Shown here in pieces: positions 19,524 through 30,000 of a stretch of DNA of 64,000 nucleotides (position 1 is the first letter of the stretch; every line of letters starts with the position of its first letter). A model generated the notes under the pieces. That model saw only the letters and a program-made list of their open reading frames with translations. It did not search any database and was not told the DNA's origin. Made by a program: the position numbers and the translations under genes. This DNA comes from an uncultured Spirochaetota bacterium (lineage in GTDB: Bacteria; Spirochaetota; Spirochaetia; SZUA-6; Fen-1364): assembly GCA_963781885.1 (NCBI GenBank), contig CAWAHW010000007.1, positions 256,001-320,000 on the forward strand, in the 5' to 3' direction.

Positions 19524-20549
19524 TCAGGCCTCCCGTTTGTTTTTTATCGATTCACGCACCATGAACGGGCAGTGGATCAACAATGTCCGGGGCTCCAGGT
19601 CCTCCGGGCGGTCGGCGGAGATGTTTTCAAAAAGGAGATTCGCCGCCTTTGCCCCGATCTCGATCAGCGGCTGGCGGAAGGAGGAAAGGCTCGGTCTCAC
19701 GTACGCCGCCAGAGGGAAGTCGTCAAAGGACACGACCGACACGGCATCCGGCACCGCGACGCCCCGCGCCTCCAGGGCCTTGTACGCGCCCAGCACGAGG
19801 AAATCGCTGCACAGGATGATGGCGTCCACCTTCTTCATCCGGCCGAGCAACCGATAGATGCCTTCGGTGGCCCCGTTTTCGTCCCACGAGGAGACGTCGT
19901 CGATGATGAGGCTCTCATCCGGCTCGATGCCCTCCGCTCTCAGGCCGTCCAGGTAGCCCTGGTAGCGATCCTTGTGGTTGGTGAGGGTGAGAAAGCCACC
20001 GACGAAGGCGATGTGCCGGTGGCCCGTCGCGGCGAGGAAATTCACCGCCTTCTTCGCCGAGGAGTAGTTGTCGCTTTTTACGAGGAAGGCCGGGATGTCT
20101 TCTTCGCAGTTGTTGATCACGACGCACGGCATGTGATGGCGGCTCACGATGTCCGCGTAGCGGGCGTTGAACATCGGCTCCAGCCAGAGCAGGCCGGCGA
20201 TGTGATCGAACACCTTCACCCGGCCGTACTTCATCATCTCCAGCTCGATCTGGTCCGAATGGATGAGCATGGTCGTGTGCTGGAACGCGTGGATCCTTTC
20301 GTCCGCGCCCTCCAGGATGTCCGACAGGTAGTAGCTGTTGATCTTGTGCCGGGAATAGGTATCCACGATCCCGATCGTTTTCAGCTCGTAGTCATCTGCC
20401 CGCGGGGACTCCCGTGAGTTGATGTACTGGAGGACCTTCTCCCTCGTGGCGGGGTGGACCGCGCCTTTATTGCTGAGCACCCGCGAGACCGTCGCGGTGG
20501 AGATATTGAGCGCATCAGCAACTTCCTTGATCTTCAACGTGGGGGCCAT
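19524..20549 (-). CDS. LacI family transcriptional regulator
   Basis: HTH IKEVADALNISTATVSRVL; GHRHIAF, VSVVSFDD and PSLSS. Confidence 0.92.
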   Translation of the reverse strand: MAPTLKIKEVADALNISTATVSRVLSNKGAVHPATREKVLQYINSRESPRADDYELKTIGIVDTYSRHKINSYYLSDILEGADERIHAFQHTTMLIHSDQIELEMMKYGRVKVFDHIAGLLWLEPMFNARYADIVSRHHMPCVVINNCEEDIPAFLVKSDNYSSAKKAVNFLAATGHRHIAFVGGFLTLTNHKDRYQGYLDGLRAEGIEPDESLIIDDVSSWDENGATEGIYRLLGRMKKVDAIILCSDFLVLGAYKALEARGVAVPDAVSVVSFDDFPLAAYVRPSLSSFRQPLIEIGAKAANLLFENISADRPEDLEPRTLLIHCPFMVRESIKNKREA

Positions 20550-21252
20550 GCTTGCATTGTTGTATCATCGAGTTGCAGAGTTGTCAAAATAAATCCAATG
20601 TCAGTCGTTCCATAATTTAATTACTTATAATATAAATAAATATTTTAGTTGATCGCGCTTCCTAATTGTACATTCTTGCAACTAATTGTAAAAAGTCTGA
20701 AACGAATGCCCAGCTCATGCGGCTGAGTTCTTCGCCCTGAGGATGCCACGATCTGGAGGCAACAGGGGCTGATGACGGGGATCCACGGATGCATCTTCCT
20801 TCCCAAGGCCGAATGTGCAATTTCCGGGTGGGGCCGGCGGCTCGTGGCGAGTGAAATATCACAGTACATGGTTGACAGCGCTATTTTTGTAGCCAGCAAA
20901 GCGGGCCGATTGGAGGTAATTATGGAACGACGACGGCTATTCGGATTCGGCCTGGTAGCAGTCGTTTTTTCTGCAGACGGGGATCAACCAAGCGATCCAA
21001 AGCGGAGATTGAAATAGCGGGTGCGTCATTTTCTGGATAAAGCAACCAATGGCTCGCGGGTGTGGCAGAATGCACTGCAGCGTCTTTGTCAACGTCACCA
21101 AAGGGCGAGAATGGAAGTTGGACTCTATGACGGCCAAGAAGGGCCTCCCCTGCGAAAAAGGGGGATCAACCTGTTGCGAAAAGCCGAGGTATTCCTCAGC
21201 TATGAAAGCGGACCGGCTTTGGCCGGTCCGTCAAAAGAGGACAGCGGCAATG

Positions 21253-22095
21253 CTATTTGCTGGCGAGGTGCCTGGCCACCGTGACGTCAATATAGGCGAT
21301 GTAGGAACCATCGCTTGCGACGCTGAGCGTATTGCCTCCCGAGGTATTGTTGGTGGTGGGAGTGCCCGCGGTGAAATTGGTCCCCGAGGTCCACGTGTAC
21401 ACAGTGTTGACGTCCTTGTTGGTATTGAAAGTAACAGTCTTCCCTTTCGCTTTGTCAATGCTCGTTACGCTGGTAGGGAAGATCGTGCTCACAGTGTAGG
21501 CGTCGCTGTTCTTGCTGCCACGGGTCGCCGTACCGCCGGCATCGTAGTTTTCAGATTCGTATGTCCATGTCACCATAGAGAGATCAGAAGGAACGGCACA
21601 TGACCAATTGTAGGTGCTTGACGTGCCGTTCCAGTACGTCGTATTGCCGGTCTCGACGTAATTCCCGCTGCTTCCAATGAGTATTTCATATTCGTTGGTT
21701 GAGCCGAAAGCTTCGGGATATACAGATGTCTTTGGGGCGCTGGACGAGGTGGTAAGCGTGGCGTAACTCCCCGTTGTTCCACCTTGCCATTGCTGGGAGT
21801 AGGTGATCGTCATCATTCGTGAATTTGTATCATACAGGTACGTGCCTTTGGAGCCACTCGATTGTTTCCATGAAGAACTCGCGGCATCCCAGCTCTTTAT
21901 GATATATTCGTATGTACCGTCCGCCGAGAAAGTTTCGGTGCTGTTGCTCCAGGTGTACATAACGTCCTGCGTCATGTGCCCGCTGCTGTCAAAGGCAACC
22001 TCTGTATCGCTGCGGGACCAGATCTGATTTTGACAGGCGGTCAGCAGCACAGCAAATGCTGCCGTCGCGATCAAGAGAAGCGAAAGCTTTTTCAT
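21253..22095 (-). CDS. hypothetical Ser/Thr-rich lipoprotein
   Basis: MKKLSLLLIATAAFAVLLTA-C lipobox and AAGGAG SD; visibly lower GC than the flanks. Confidence 0.75.
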   Translation of the reverse strand: MKKLSLLLIATAAFAVLLTACQNQIWSRSDTEVAFDSSGHMTQDVMYTWSNSTETFSADGTYEYIIKSWDAASSSWKQSSGSKGTYLYDTNSRMMTITYSQQWQGGTTGSYATLTTSSSAPKTSVYPEAFGSTNEYEILIGSSGNYVETGNTTYWNGTSSTYNWSCAVPSDLSMVTWTYESENYDAGGTATRGSKNSDAYTVSTIFPTSVTSIDKAKGKTVTFNTNKDVNTVYTWTSGTNFTAGTPTTNNTSGGNTLSVASDGSYIAYIDVTVARHLASK

Positions 22096-22326
22096 GCCAA
22101 CTCCTTGCAATGGACATTTGTTGAAGACCCACAACGGGGCTTTTCATTCTCGAATTGCGTCACATAGCATATCAGGCATACGCCAAGACATCGAGAGGCC
22201 AAGGTATTACATGGCACGCGATCGGTCGCTATTGGGCCTGCCTCTGATGTCGTCAAACGCGCGTTTGCGCGCCCGTGGTTGCCTTCCCCCCGATGCACGG
22301 TTACATTGACTGGCAAGTAGCCTCCA

Positions 22327-24642
22327 ATGCCCCAGACACGCAAGCTCGCCGCTATCATGTTCACCGACATCAAGGACTTCACGAAGAGGATGAATGCCAG
22401 CGAAAGCCTGGGCATGCGCCTCATGCAGAAGCACAACGAGATCATGGACGGGGCCATCCAGAGGCACCAGGGCGTCCTGGTGAAGAACATCGGGGATGCC
22501 TACCTGGTGGATTTCGCAAGCGCCGTGAATGCCGTGGAGGCCGCCGTGGACGCGCAGGGGCTTTTCGCCGGCATCAACAAGGACGCGGGCGCCGACGAGG
22601 AGATCCTCGTCCGCATCAGCATCCATCTCGGCGACGTGGTGGTCCAGGGGTCGGATGTCTTCGGCGACGGGGTCAATGTCGCCTCACGGCTTCAGTCAAT
22701 CACGCCGGCCGGTGGAATCTGCATTTCGCGCGATGTTTATACGCACGTGAAATCCCGAATGGAAGCCGCGTGCGTCTCCATCGGCTCGTTTGCGCTGAAG
22801 GGCGTCACCGAGCCCGTGGACGTCTACCAGGTGCTGACCGCGCTCGTGCCTCATCCGATGGTCCCGGCTACGCCCGCGCCCGGCGGAGAAAAGCAGGCCG
22901 CCCCGGACGCGTCCATCGCGGTTCTCCCATTTTCCAACTGGAGCGACGACAAGGAAACCGAATACTTCTCCGACGGCATCACGGAAGACATCATCACGGA
23001 CCTTGCGAAGATCAGCTCGCTCCGCGTGACCTCGCGCAACAGCGTCTTTTCCTACAAGGGCAAGACCGTGGAGATGAAGAAAGTGGGCGCGGAGATGAAC
23101 GTGCGCTACGTCCTGGAGGGGAGCGTGCGCAAGGCGGGATCGCGCCTGCGGATCACTGCCCAGCTCATCGAGGCTGAGAGCAATGCGCACGTGTGGGCGG
23201 AACGCTGGGACCGGGACATGGCGGACGTCTTTGCGATCCAGGACGAGATTGCCCGGCACATCGCCGGAGAGCTGCGCGTCCGCTTGACGGCAGACCAGGA
23301 GAACGCGATCGAGAAAAAGGGAACTCGGAGCGTTCCCGCGTATGACGAATACCTCAAGGGTTTGTTCTATAGCAGGAAAAGGACAAAGGCGGACCTCGAC
23401 AAGGCCGTGGAGCACCTCCAGGCCGCTCTCTCCGTGGATCCCGATTTCGCGCAGGCCCACTCAACCCTTGCCTGGACGCTGCGCCTTCAATACGCGGATG
23501 GATTTCGTCGCGAGCCGGGTGTCATCGAGGAGACGAGGATTCACGCGGAGCGCGCGCTCTCACTGGATCCGCAGCTCCCGGATGCCCTGCTCATGAAGGC
23601 GCTCGTACTCCGCGAGGAAAGCCGGGTGCCGGAGGCCATCCAGACCCTGCAGGAGCTCGTCCAGCGGTATCCTTCGCACGCAGATGGGCATGGCTATCTT
23701 GGGACTGCGCTCAGGGAAGTGGGGCATTTCGCGGGTGCCTTTCAGCACCACGGCCGCGCCCGCGAGCTCGACCCAAAGGATTTCATGCACCCGTTCAACC
23801 TCAGCCTGGACATTATCGCCAACGGAAATGTGCGTGACCTCGATGCGATGATCGCCAACTGCGCCGCGCTTGCCCCCGGCTTCCGCGCTGTCCTGTACCT
23901 GCAGGCGCAGCGGGCCGCCGTGAGGGGAGACATTGCCGGCGCCGACCTCCTCATGGAAGCAATGGAAAAGACCAGCCCCGGTCATGCCCACTCCCACGGG
24001 TTTCGAGGCGTGCACTTCATGTCCACCGGACGGCACGAAAAAGCGTTCCAGGAGTTTCTTTCTTTCATTGAGCATGCAGGAGATGTGCCGATCGTGCCAT
24101 CCTGGTCCATCCCGTCATTTGTCGCCATGGGGAAGTGGGACGAGGCTTTGGCACTCATCGAGCGGACCCTGAAGGGCTCCGGCACACGGTTCCACGCCGG
24201 CCTCGATACGTGGTCGCTCGCCTTCTATTACCAGGGCGCAATTCGGCGTTCACGAGGGGATCCCGAAGGAGCCCGGGAATCGTTTCGGAGGGCGCGCGAG
24301 TCGCTGGAAAAGGCCCTGGACGCCTTCCCGGAGAGTGTTTCGCTTCGTTCCTGGTTTGCACTCCTCCTGGCCCTGTGCGGAGAAGATTCGCGGGCCGCCG
24401 CTGAAGCGGACAGGGTTCAGCGCGAGAATCCCGGCTACGTGCAGTTCGCATACCCGCGGGCCTTGATCAGCGCGGCTCTTCACGACAAGGAAGGCCTTCT
24501 TTCCTGGCTCCGGAAACTGAAGGAGCAGGGCTCGATCATCACGTGGGGCCTCAAGAACGATATTGGATTTGAGGAATACGTCAACGATCCCGACTTCCTT
24601 GAAGTCGTCGAGGGACCCGCGGCGTCTGTTTTCATCCCATAG
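22327..24642 (+). CDS. class III adenylate/guanylate cyclase with TolB-N-like and TPR domains
   Basis: FTDIKDFT, KNIGDAY and DVFGDGVNVASRLQ; SIAVLPF..YFSDGITEDII; TPR repeats. Confidence 0.9.
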   Translation: MPQTRKLAAIMFTDIKDFTKRMNASESLGMRLMQKHNEIMDGAIQRHQGVLVKNIGDAYLVDFASAVNAVEAAVDAQGLFAGINKDAGADEEILVRISIHLGDVVVQGSDVFGDGVNVASRLQSITPAGGICISRDVYTHVKSRMEAACVSIGSFALKGVTEPVDVYQVLTALVPHPMVPATPAPGGEKQAAPDASIAVLPFSNWSDDKETEYFSDGITEDIITDLAKISSLRVTSRNSVFSYKGKTVEMKKVGAEMNVRYVLEGSVRKAGSRLRITAQLIEAESNAHVWAERWDRDMADVFAIQDEIARHIAGELRVRLTADQENAIEKKGTRSVPAYDEYLKGLFYSRKRTKADLDKAVEHLQAALSVDPDFAQAHSTLAWTLRLQYADGFRREPGVIEETRIHAERALSLDPQLPDALLMKALVLREESRVPEAIQTLQELVQRYPSHADGHGYLGTALREVGHFAGAFQHHGRARELDPKDFMHPFNLSLDIIANGNVRDLDAMIANCAALAPGFRAVLYLQAQRAAVRGDIAGADLLMEAMEKTSPGHAHSHGFRGVHFMSTGRHEKAFQEFLSFIEHAGDVPIVPSWSIPSFVAMGKWDEALALIERTLKGSGTRFHAGLDTWSLAFYYQGAIRRSRGDPEGARESFRRARESLEKALDAFPESVSLRSWFALLLALCGEDSRAAAEADRVQRENPGYVQFAYPRALISAALHDKEGLLSWLRKLKEQGSIITWGLKNDIGFEEYVNDPDFLEVVEGPAASVFIP

Positions 24643-24675
24643 CGCCCCGTGAGTTGTTGGCGTCGCTTCAGTGAC

Positions 24676-24718
24676 TTGCAGTGATGGTCCGCACTGTTAT
24701 AATATAGACCGACCGGTC
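24676..24718 (+). promoter_or_regulatory. sigma70-like promoter with TetR-type operator
   Basis: TTGCAG-N16-TATAAT followed by the palindrome GACCG-AC-CGGTC (24707-24718), upstream of an operon that contains a TetR gene. Confidence 0.6.
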
Positions 24719-24815
24719 GATAAAAAACATCAAAGCCCCTCGACGGCAAGGTGAGCGGCAGGAAGGCCGATTGGGCCGACCCGGGGGCCATTCGGCGGCT
24801 CGATGGAGAAAGCGC

Positions 24816-25487
24816 ATGAAGAAGATCGCCATCATGGTCGTCGCCGCGGCGGTCATCGTCGCCGCCCTGCTCGGTCTTCGTCCACTCCTCATGCAGGTGG
24901 TCATTCGGAAGGGCGCCGCGGAACTGGGGAACCGATTCCAGGAGAGTCTCCTGACCGACGGCCGCCTGCACGTCGTCATGGTCGGCACCGGGTCGCCGGC
25001 GCCCGATCCCTATCGCGCGCAGGCCTGCACGGCAGTCATCGTCGAAGGCGCCTTCATCCTCTTCGACTGCGGCTCCGGCGCGGCCTCGCGCGTCGAATCG
25101 CTCGGCCTCCCCGTGGCGGCCCTCGACGTCGTCTTCCTGACGCACCTCCACGCGGACCACATAGCCGACCTCCCCCTGATCGCCGACACGAGCTGGCGCT
25201 ACGGGCGGAAGCGGAAGCTCGAGGTGCACGGGCCTGCGGGGCCGGAGAAGCCGATGGCGTTGGACATGATCGCGGGCGTCGAGCACTATCACTCGAGCCC
25301 CAAGGACGCGGCGGAGATCGCCGCAGAGGCCGGCGTGAAGACACTTGTCCTGACTCATATCATGCCGCCCATCGGGCCACCCGCGTTCGGCCGCCTCCTC
25401 ACAAACGGCATGTTCCTCGATGGCGCATCCGGCCTCTTCAAGGGCAAGGTCGTGATCGCGGAAGACGGGATGCAATTCGCCTTGTAA
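24816..25487 (+). CDS. MBL-fold (RNase Z/AtsA-like) hydrolase, apparently internally deleted
   Basis: GTGSP, FDCG, THLHADH, HGPAG, then directly YHSSP and LVLTH. The central SGDT/HE segment is missing. Confidence 0.7.
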   Translation: MKKIAIMVVAAAVIVAALLGLRPLLMQVVIRKGAAELGNRFQESLLTDGRLHVVMVGTGSPAPDPYRAQACTAVIVEGAFILFDCGSGAASRVESLGLPVAALDVVFLTHLHADHIADLPLIADTSWRYGRKRKLEVHGPAGPEKPMALDMIAGVEHYHSSPKDAAEIAAEAGVKTLVLTHIMPPIGPPAFGRLLTNGMFLDGASGLFKGKVVIAEDGMQFAL

Positions 25488-25500
25488 AGGAGGCGCGGAA

Positions 25501-26190
25501 GTGGAGCGGACGGATCAGGCAAAGCCCGACCTCAGAATCGAGAAGGGCGAGCGGACGAAGGCCGTACTCCTCAAGGAGGCGCGCAGGCTTATCGCCGAAC
25601 GGGGCTTCACCGGGACATCTGTCAAAGACATCACCGATGCGGCGGGCGTGCCGAAGTCCCTCTTCTATCATTACTTCGAGGGAGTCGACAGCCTCCTCAA
25701 GGAGATCATCGACTCAGGCTCGATCCTGAAAAGGGCCAGCGCGGACGCCGGCGCACGAAAGAAGGTCCGCATCGACTCGGCTTCCGATGCGGCACGCAAC
25801 GATTATCGGGCCAAGGAAACCTATGTCGCCCGTGTCTTCTCGGCGATGAGCGCCGGAGCCGACGACCTTCGCATCCTCCTTGGGGAGGCTCTGCGCGGGA
25901 AGGAGCCCATGGACTCGCTCTTCGAAACGCTGATTGCGATCAGCGCCGATCTCGACGCGGCGATGCCCGAGGAGCTCGAGAAGGGATACAGCGCCAGGGA
26001 GCTCGCCGCCCTGCGCATCTACACCCGCATCTTTCCCATCATTCTCCTCGCCCTCACCGAGGACAAGGCAGCGAGCAGGCTCAAGCTGGGAAAGGCTGCG
26101 CTGCGCAAGCTCGTCTTCTCGGGACTCCGCTCATCCCTTGCGCCAAAGGAGGCACGCCATGAAGATACTTGCGCTCAATGGAAGCCATAG
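25501..26190 (+). CDS. TetR/AcrR family regulator
   Basis: GFTGTSVKDITDAAGVPKSLFYHYF. Confidence 0.88.
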   Translation: MERTDQAKPDLRIEKGERTKAVLLKEARRLIAERGFTGTSVKDITDAAGVPKSLFYHYFEGVDSLLKEIIDSGSILKRASADAGARKKVRIDSASDAARNDYRAKETYVARVFSAMSAGADDLRILLGEALRGKEPMDSLFETLIAISADLDAAMPEELEKGYSARELAALRIYTRIFPIILLALTEDKAASRLKLGKAALRKLVFSGLRSSLAPKEARHEDTCAQWKP

Positions 26191-26947
26191 GGGAAGGCGG
26201 GGCCTCACCCAGGCCCTCCTCGACCTCATGGCAGAGGGAGCCCGGGAGGGCGGGGCCGAGCTCGAGACGATCGTCCTCTCGGAGAGGGATCTCAGGCGAT
26301 GCCTGGGCTGCGAGGCGTGTCAGGCGGAGGGCGGGCCAAGGCGCTGCGTCTTCGACGGGAAGGACGAGGCCCAGGTCATCCTGAACGCGATGCGCGGGGC
26401 CGATATCCTCGTCTTCGCGACTCCCATCTACATCTTCGGAATGTCTTCTCTCCTCAAGACCCTCATCGAGCGTGTCAATTCCGCGTGCGACACGAGAGAC
26501 ATCCGCGTCTCGAGGAGCGGCCTCATATTCCACCAGATCGATGCCGAGCTCTGCTCCAAGCCTTTTGTTCTTGTCGCCCCCTTCGGCAATATCGAAGCCG
26601 AGACGCCGCGGAGCCTCGTCGAGTACTTCAGGAGCTACTCGCGCTTTATGGACGCCCCGATGCTGGCCGCCCTGCCCCGGTCGGGCGCCTTCCTCCTGGA
26701 GGAGGCTGTCAAGTCCGCAGGCGCCGCTATCCCGCCCGTGATGGCCGCTGCCCTGGGAGCCTTCCGAGAAGCAGGTTTCGACCTCGCGAGACGAGGGAGG
26801 ATCTCGACAGCGATCGTCCGCCGCGCGACGCGGAGCGTCGTCCCAATGCCGCGTCCCGTCCGCGCGCTGATGACGATCAGGCCCTTACGCGGCCGTCTTT
26901 TAGCCGTGGCAAAGGCCTCGGGCGTGCTGCGCATCAGGCCAAGGTAA
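26159..26947 (+). CDS. flavodoxin family / iron-sulfur flavoprotein (NADPH-dependent FMN reductase)
   Basis: MKILALNGS, CLGCEAC..C and ATPIY; AAGGAGG SD. Confidence 0.85.
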   Translation: MKILALNGSHRGRRGLTQALLDLMAEGAREGGAELETIVLSERDLRRCLGCEACQAEGGPRRCVFDGKDEAQVILNAMRGADILVFATPIYIFGMSSLLKTLIERVNSACDTRDIRVSRSGLIFHQIDAELCSKPFVLVAPFGNIEAETPRSLVEYFRSYSRFMDAPMLAALPRSGAFLLEEAVKSAGAAIPPVMAAALGAFREAGFDLARRGRISTAIVRRATRSVVPMPRPVRALMTIRPLRGRLLAVAKASGVLRIRPR

Positions 26948-27054
26948 CGATTGAAGGTGATGAAAGGGATCTGAAAACGCGCCGCGGAAGCCTACTCCCT
27001 TTTCCCGCCCACCCGCGCCGTGTAGGATGGCGATATCGGGGAAGGGAGAGAGAC

Positions 27055-30000
27055 ATGAGAATCGACGCCAGGCGTTTCGCGGCCGCGCTCATCCTCGCGG
27101 CGGTCGTGGCGTTTCCGCCCATTGCGCGAGCGAGCGCGCGCGCCCTCGTGCTTCCGTTCATGTACGAACCGGAGTTGAAGTCCGCCGCGGAGCAGATCGA
27201 GGACACGTTCCGTGGGATCGCTTCCGCGTCGGGCAGGTTCGACGTTCCCTCCAAGGAGTCCATGGCCGCGATCGTTGCGGAAACGACCGCGGATCTGGTC
27301 CCCGTCTTCGACGTCCGCGCGGGGAGCCGGCTGGCGATGTTCCTGATGGGCGACTACTTCTTCATGGGCGCCGTCAGGTCGCGGTCGGGCTCGCTGGAAG
27401 TGGAGATCGCGTACGTGGACGTGCTCACGCAGGAGGAGCTCAAACGGCTCACGGTAAAGATCGACGACCCCGCGAACGCCCGGCCCGTCCTGGAGACGCT
27501 GTTCGCCGATCTCATCAGGAAGGAAGCGCGGCAGGAGGAGGCGCGCGCCCCGGCCACGCTTGCGATCACGACCGAGCCCCCCGAGGCGGATGTCTATCTT
27601 GACGGCGAGCTGAAGGGCCGCACCCCCTTCGTGGCGAACGCGGCTCCCGGCTGGCACCAGGTCCACATCCGCAAGCCGCAGTACGTGGACAAGTACGGAG
27701 ACATGCAGCTGGAAAGCGGAAAGGTCCAGACGTTCACGCTCACCCTGGAGCAGGTCCGCCCGATCACCACGTCAATGCGCCCCTCCTCTCCGCCTCCGCG
27801 CGTCGACTACGAGCGTTACGAGGCCGCGGACCAGTGGCACGCGGTCATCCAGAGCGCGGTTTCCATAGCCAACTGCCTGGATTTCTCCCCCGATGGGAGA
27901 TTCATCCTCACGGGTGGTGACACGGGGGAGCTCATCGTCTGGACCCTTGATGCGCAGATCGTCAGGAAGTGGTCCATCGGCGACGCGCCTGTCACCTCCG
28001 TGCGCTTCAGCCCCGACGGCGGGAGCTTCGTCTTCGCCTCCGGGTACGGGGATACGGAGTCCTCCGTGAGCGTCTGGCGGGTAGACGGCTCCGTGCTCCT
28101 GACCCTCGGTCACTTCTCCAGCACCGTGAACGCCGTGGCGTTCTCCCCGGACGGGGCGTGCATCGCGGCCGCCTCGGGGAAGACGATCCGCGTGTGGCGA
28201 CTGGATGGCGCCCCGGTCTGCGAGATGACAGGGCATGGCGACGACGTGGATTCGATCGCTTTCAGCCCTCGGGGGAACCGCATCGTCTCTGGTTCGTCCG
28301 ACAAGACGGTACGCACGTGGGATCTCGAGGGCCGCCTCCTCCAGACGATGGAGGGGCACAGCGGCTTCGTGGACGGCGGCGTCGCGTACAGCCCGGACGG
28401 GAAGCTCATCGCTTCCGGGTCAATGGACGACACCGTCAAGGTCTGGACGGAGGAGGGGAGGCTCCTGCGAACGCTCCAGGGCCACCGCGACGCCATCCAG
28501 TCCGTCGCGTTCTCCCCGAACGGGCAGTGCCTGGTGACGGCGGACCGGCTGGGGGACATCCGCGTGTGGAGCCTCGAGGGGGCTCTCCTCGGCGCCATCA
28601 CGGCGGCCGACGGTCTTCGGGCCGTCGCTTTGTCCCCCGACGGAGAGTTCCTGGCAGTCTCCACGTACCTCGGCCTGAGCGTCTGGAAGACGGATGGCAC
28701 CCTGGCAGCAGAGGCGGACTGGCGAAAGAGGACGGTCAACGTGGTGGCGGCGTCGCCGCACGGAGGGTTCTTCGCGGCCGGATCCCTGGACGGGAAGGTT
28801 GCGCTCTGGGGCCCCGACCTGTCGCTGAAGAAGGCTTTCTTGTGCAACCCCGACGGGAAGGAGTTCTCCTCCGTGCAGGGAATGGCATTCTCACCCGACG
28901 GGCAATCCATCGCGACCGCGTCCACGGACCGGCTGGCTGCGCTGTGGGACCTGAAAGGCTCGCTCGTGCGCGCCTTCAGGGCGCACGACCGGCAGGTGAA
29001 CGACGTGGCGTTCTCGCCCGACGGCTCCCAGCTCGCGTCGGCGTCGGACGACGGCTCGGTGATCGCCTGGAACGCCGACGGATCCGGCCTCAAGGTGCTC
29101 GAAGGTCACACGGACAAGGTGAACGACGTGCGCGTGAGCCCGAAGGGCGACCTCATCGCCTCCTGCTCACATGATGGCACCATCAGGCTGTGGAAGCCGG
29201 ATGGCACGCCGGTGAAAAGCCTTTCCCTGGAGAAGGAGTGGCCCGTGAGCCTCGCCTTCTCCCCGGATGGCAGGAACCTCCTTTGCGGGACAGGGGGCTG
29301 GAGCGCCGTGCCGTCCCACCTGCTGCTCTGGGACCTGGAAAGCGGGAAAACGACCCGTTTCCCGGAGACCGGCACCTGGGTCAGCGTGGCCTTCTCCCCC
29401 GACGGCAAGACGTTCGCCTCCGCCGCCTCGGTGAGCGCGGAAGGCGCCGTCCTGAAGATATGGGACGTGCAGGGGAGCCTCCTCAAGACGTTCGAGGGTC
29501 CCGGCAGCTCCATCCACTCACTCGCGTACAGCGCCGACGGAAAGTACGTTGTCGCGGGCATGGACAATGCCGCCGTCATCCGCCGCCTGGACAACGGGGA
29601 GTGCGTCACCCTGCTCGCCCAGGGCGACGAATGGATCGTCTACACGCCGGACGGCTACTTCGACGCGTCCATCAACGGAGGGGACCTGATCCGCATGAGC
29701 CGGGGGTTCAGAACCGTGGGGATCGAGCAGTTCGCGGTCAGGAACAACAGACCCGACATCATCCTGCAGCGGATGGGCCTGGGCGCGCAGGACCAGATCG
29801 TCTACTACCACAGCCTCTTCCTGAAGCGCCTGCGGAAGCTCGGACTCGCCGAGGGGGACCTCTCCACGGAGGAGCAGGCGCCCCTGGCGCAGATCACGGA
29901 CATGCGCGTGGACGGGAAGCGCGCGGAGATCCGCTTCACCCTGCGGGACCCGGGGCACAGGATCCTCAGTTACAACATCTGGGTCAATGGCGTGCCCATC

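Noticed and set aside
20700-20800. Riboswitch or ribozyme suggested by GCTGATGAC
   Set aside because: I could not build the flanking stems of a fluoride riboswitch or hammerhead; an Infernal/Rfam scan would be decisive.
26299-27054. N-terminal 252-aa extension of the caspase ORF
   Set aside because: It overlaps the flavoprotein gene and has low-complexity Arg/Pro-rich composition. The SD and signal peptide support a start at 27055.
27850-29600. CRISPR-like or highly conserved tandem DNA repeats
   Set aside because: The recurring ttctccccggacgg-like words are diverged WD40 coding repeats, not identical repeats with spacers. No CRISPR array was seen in the window.
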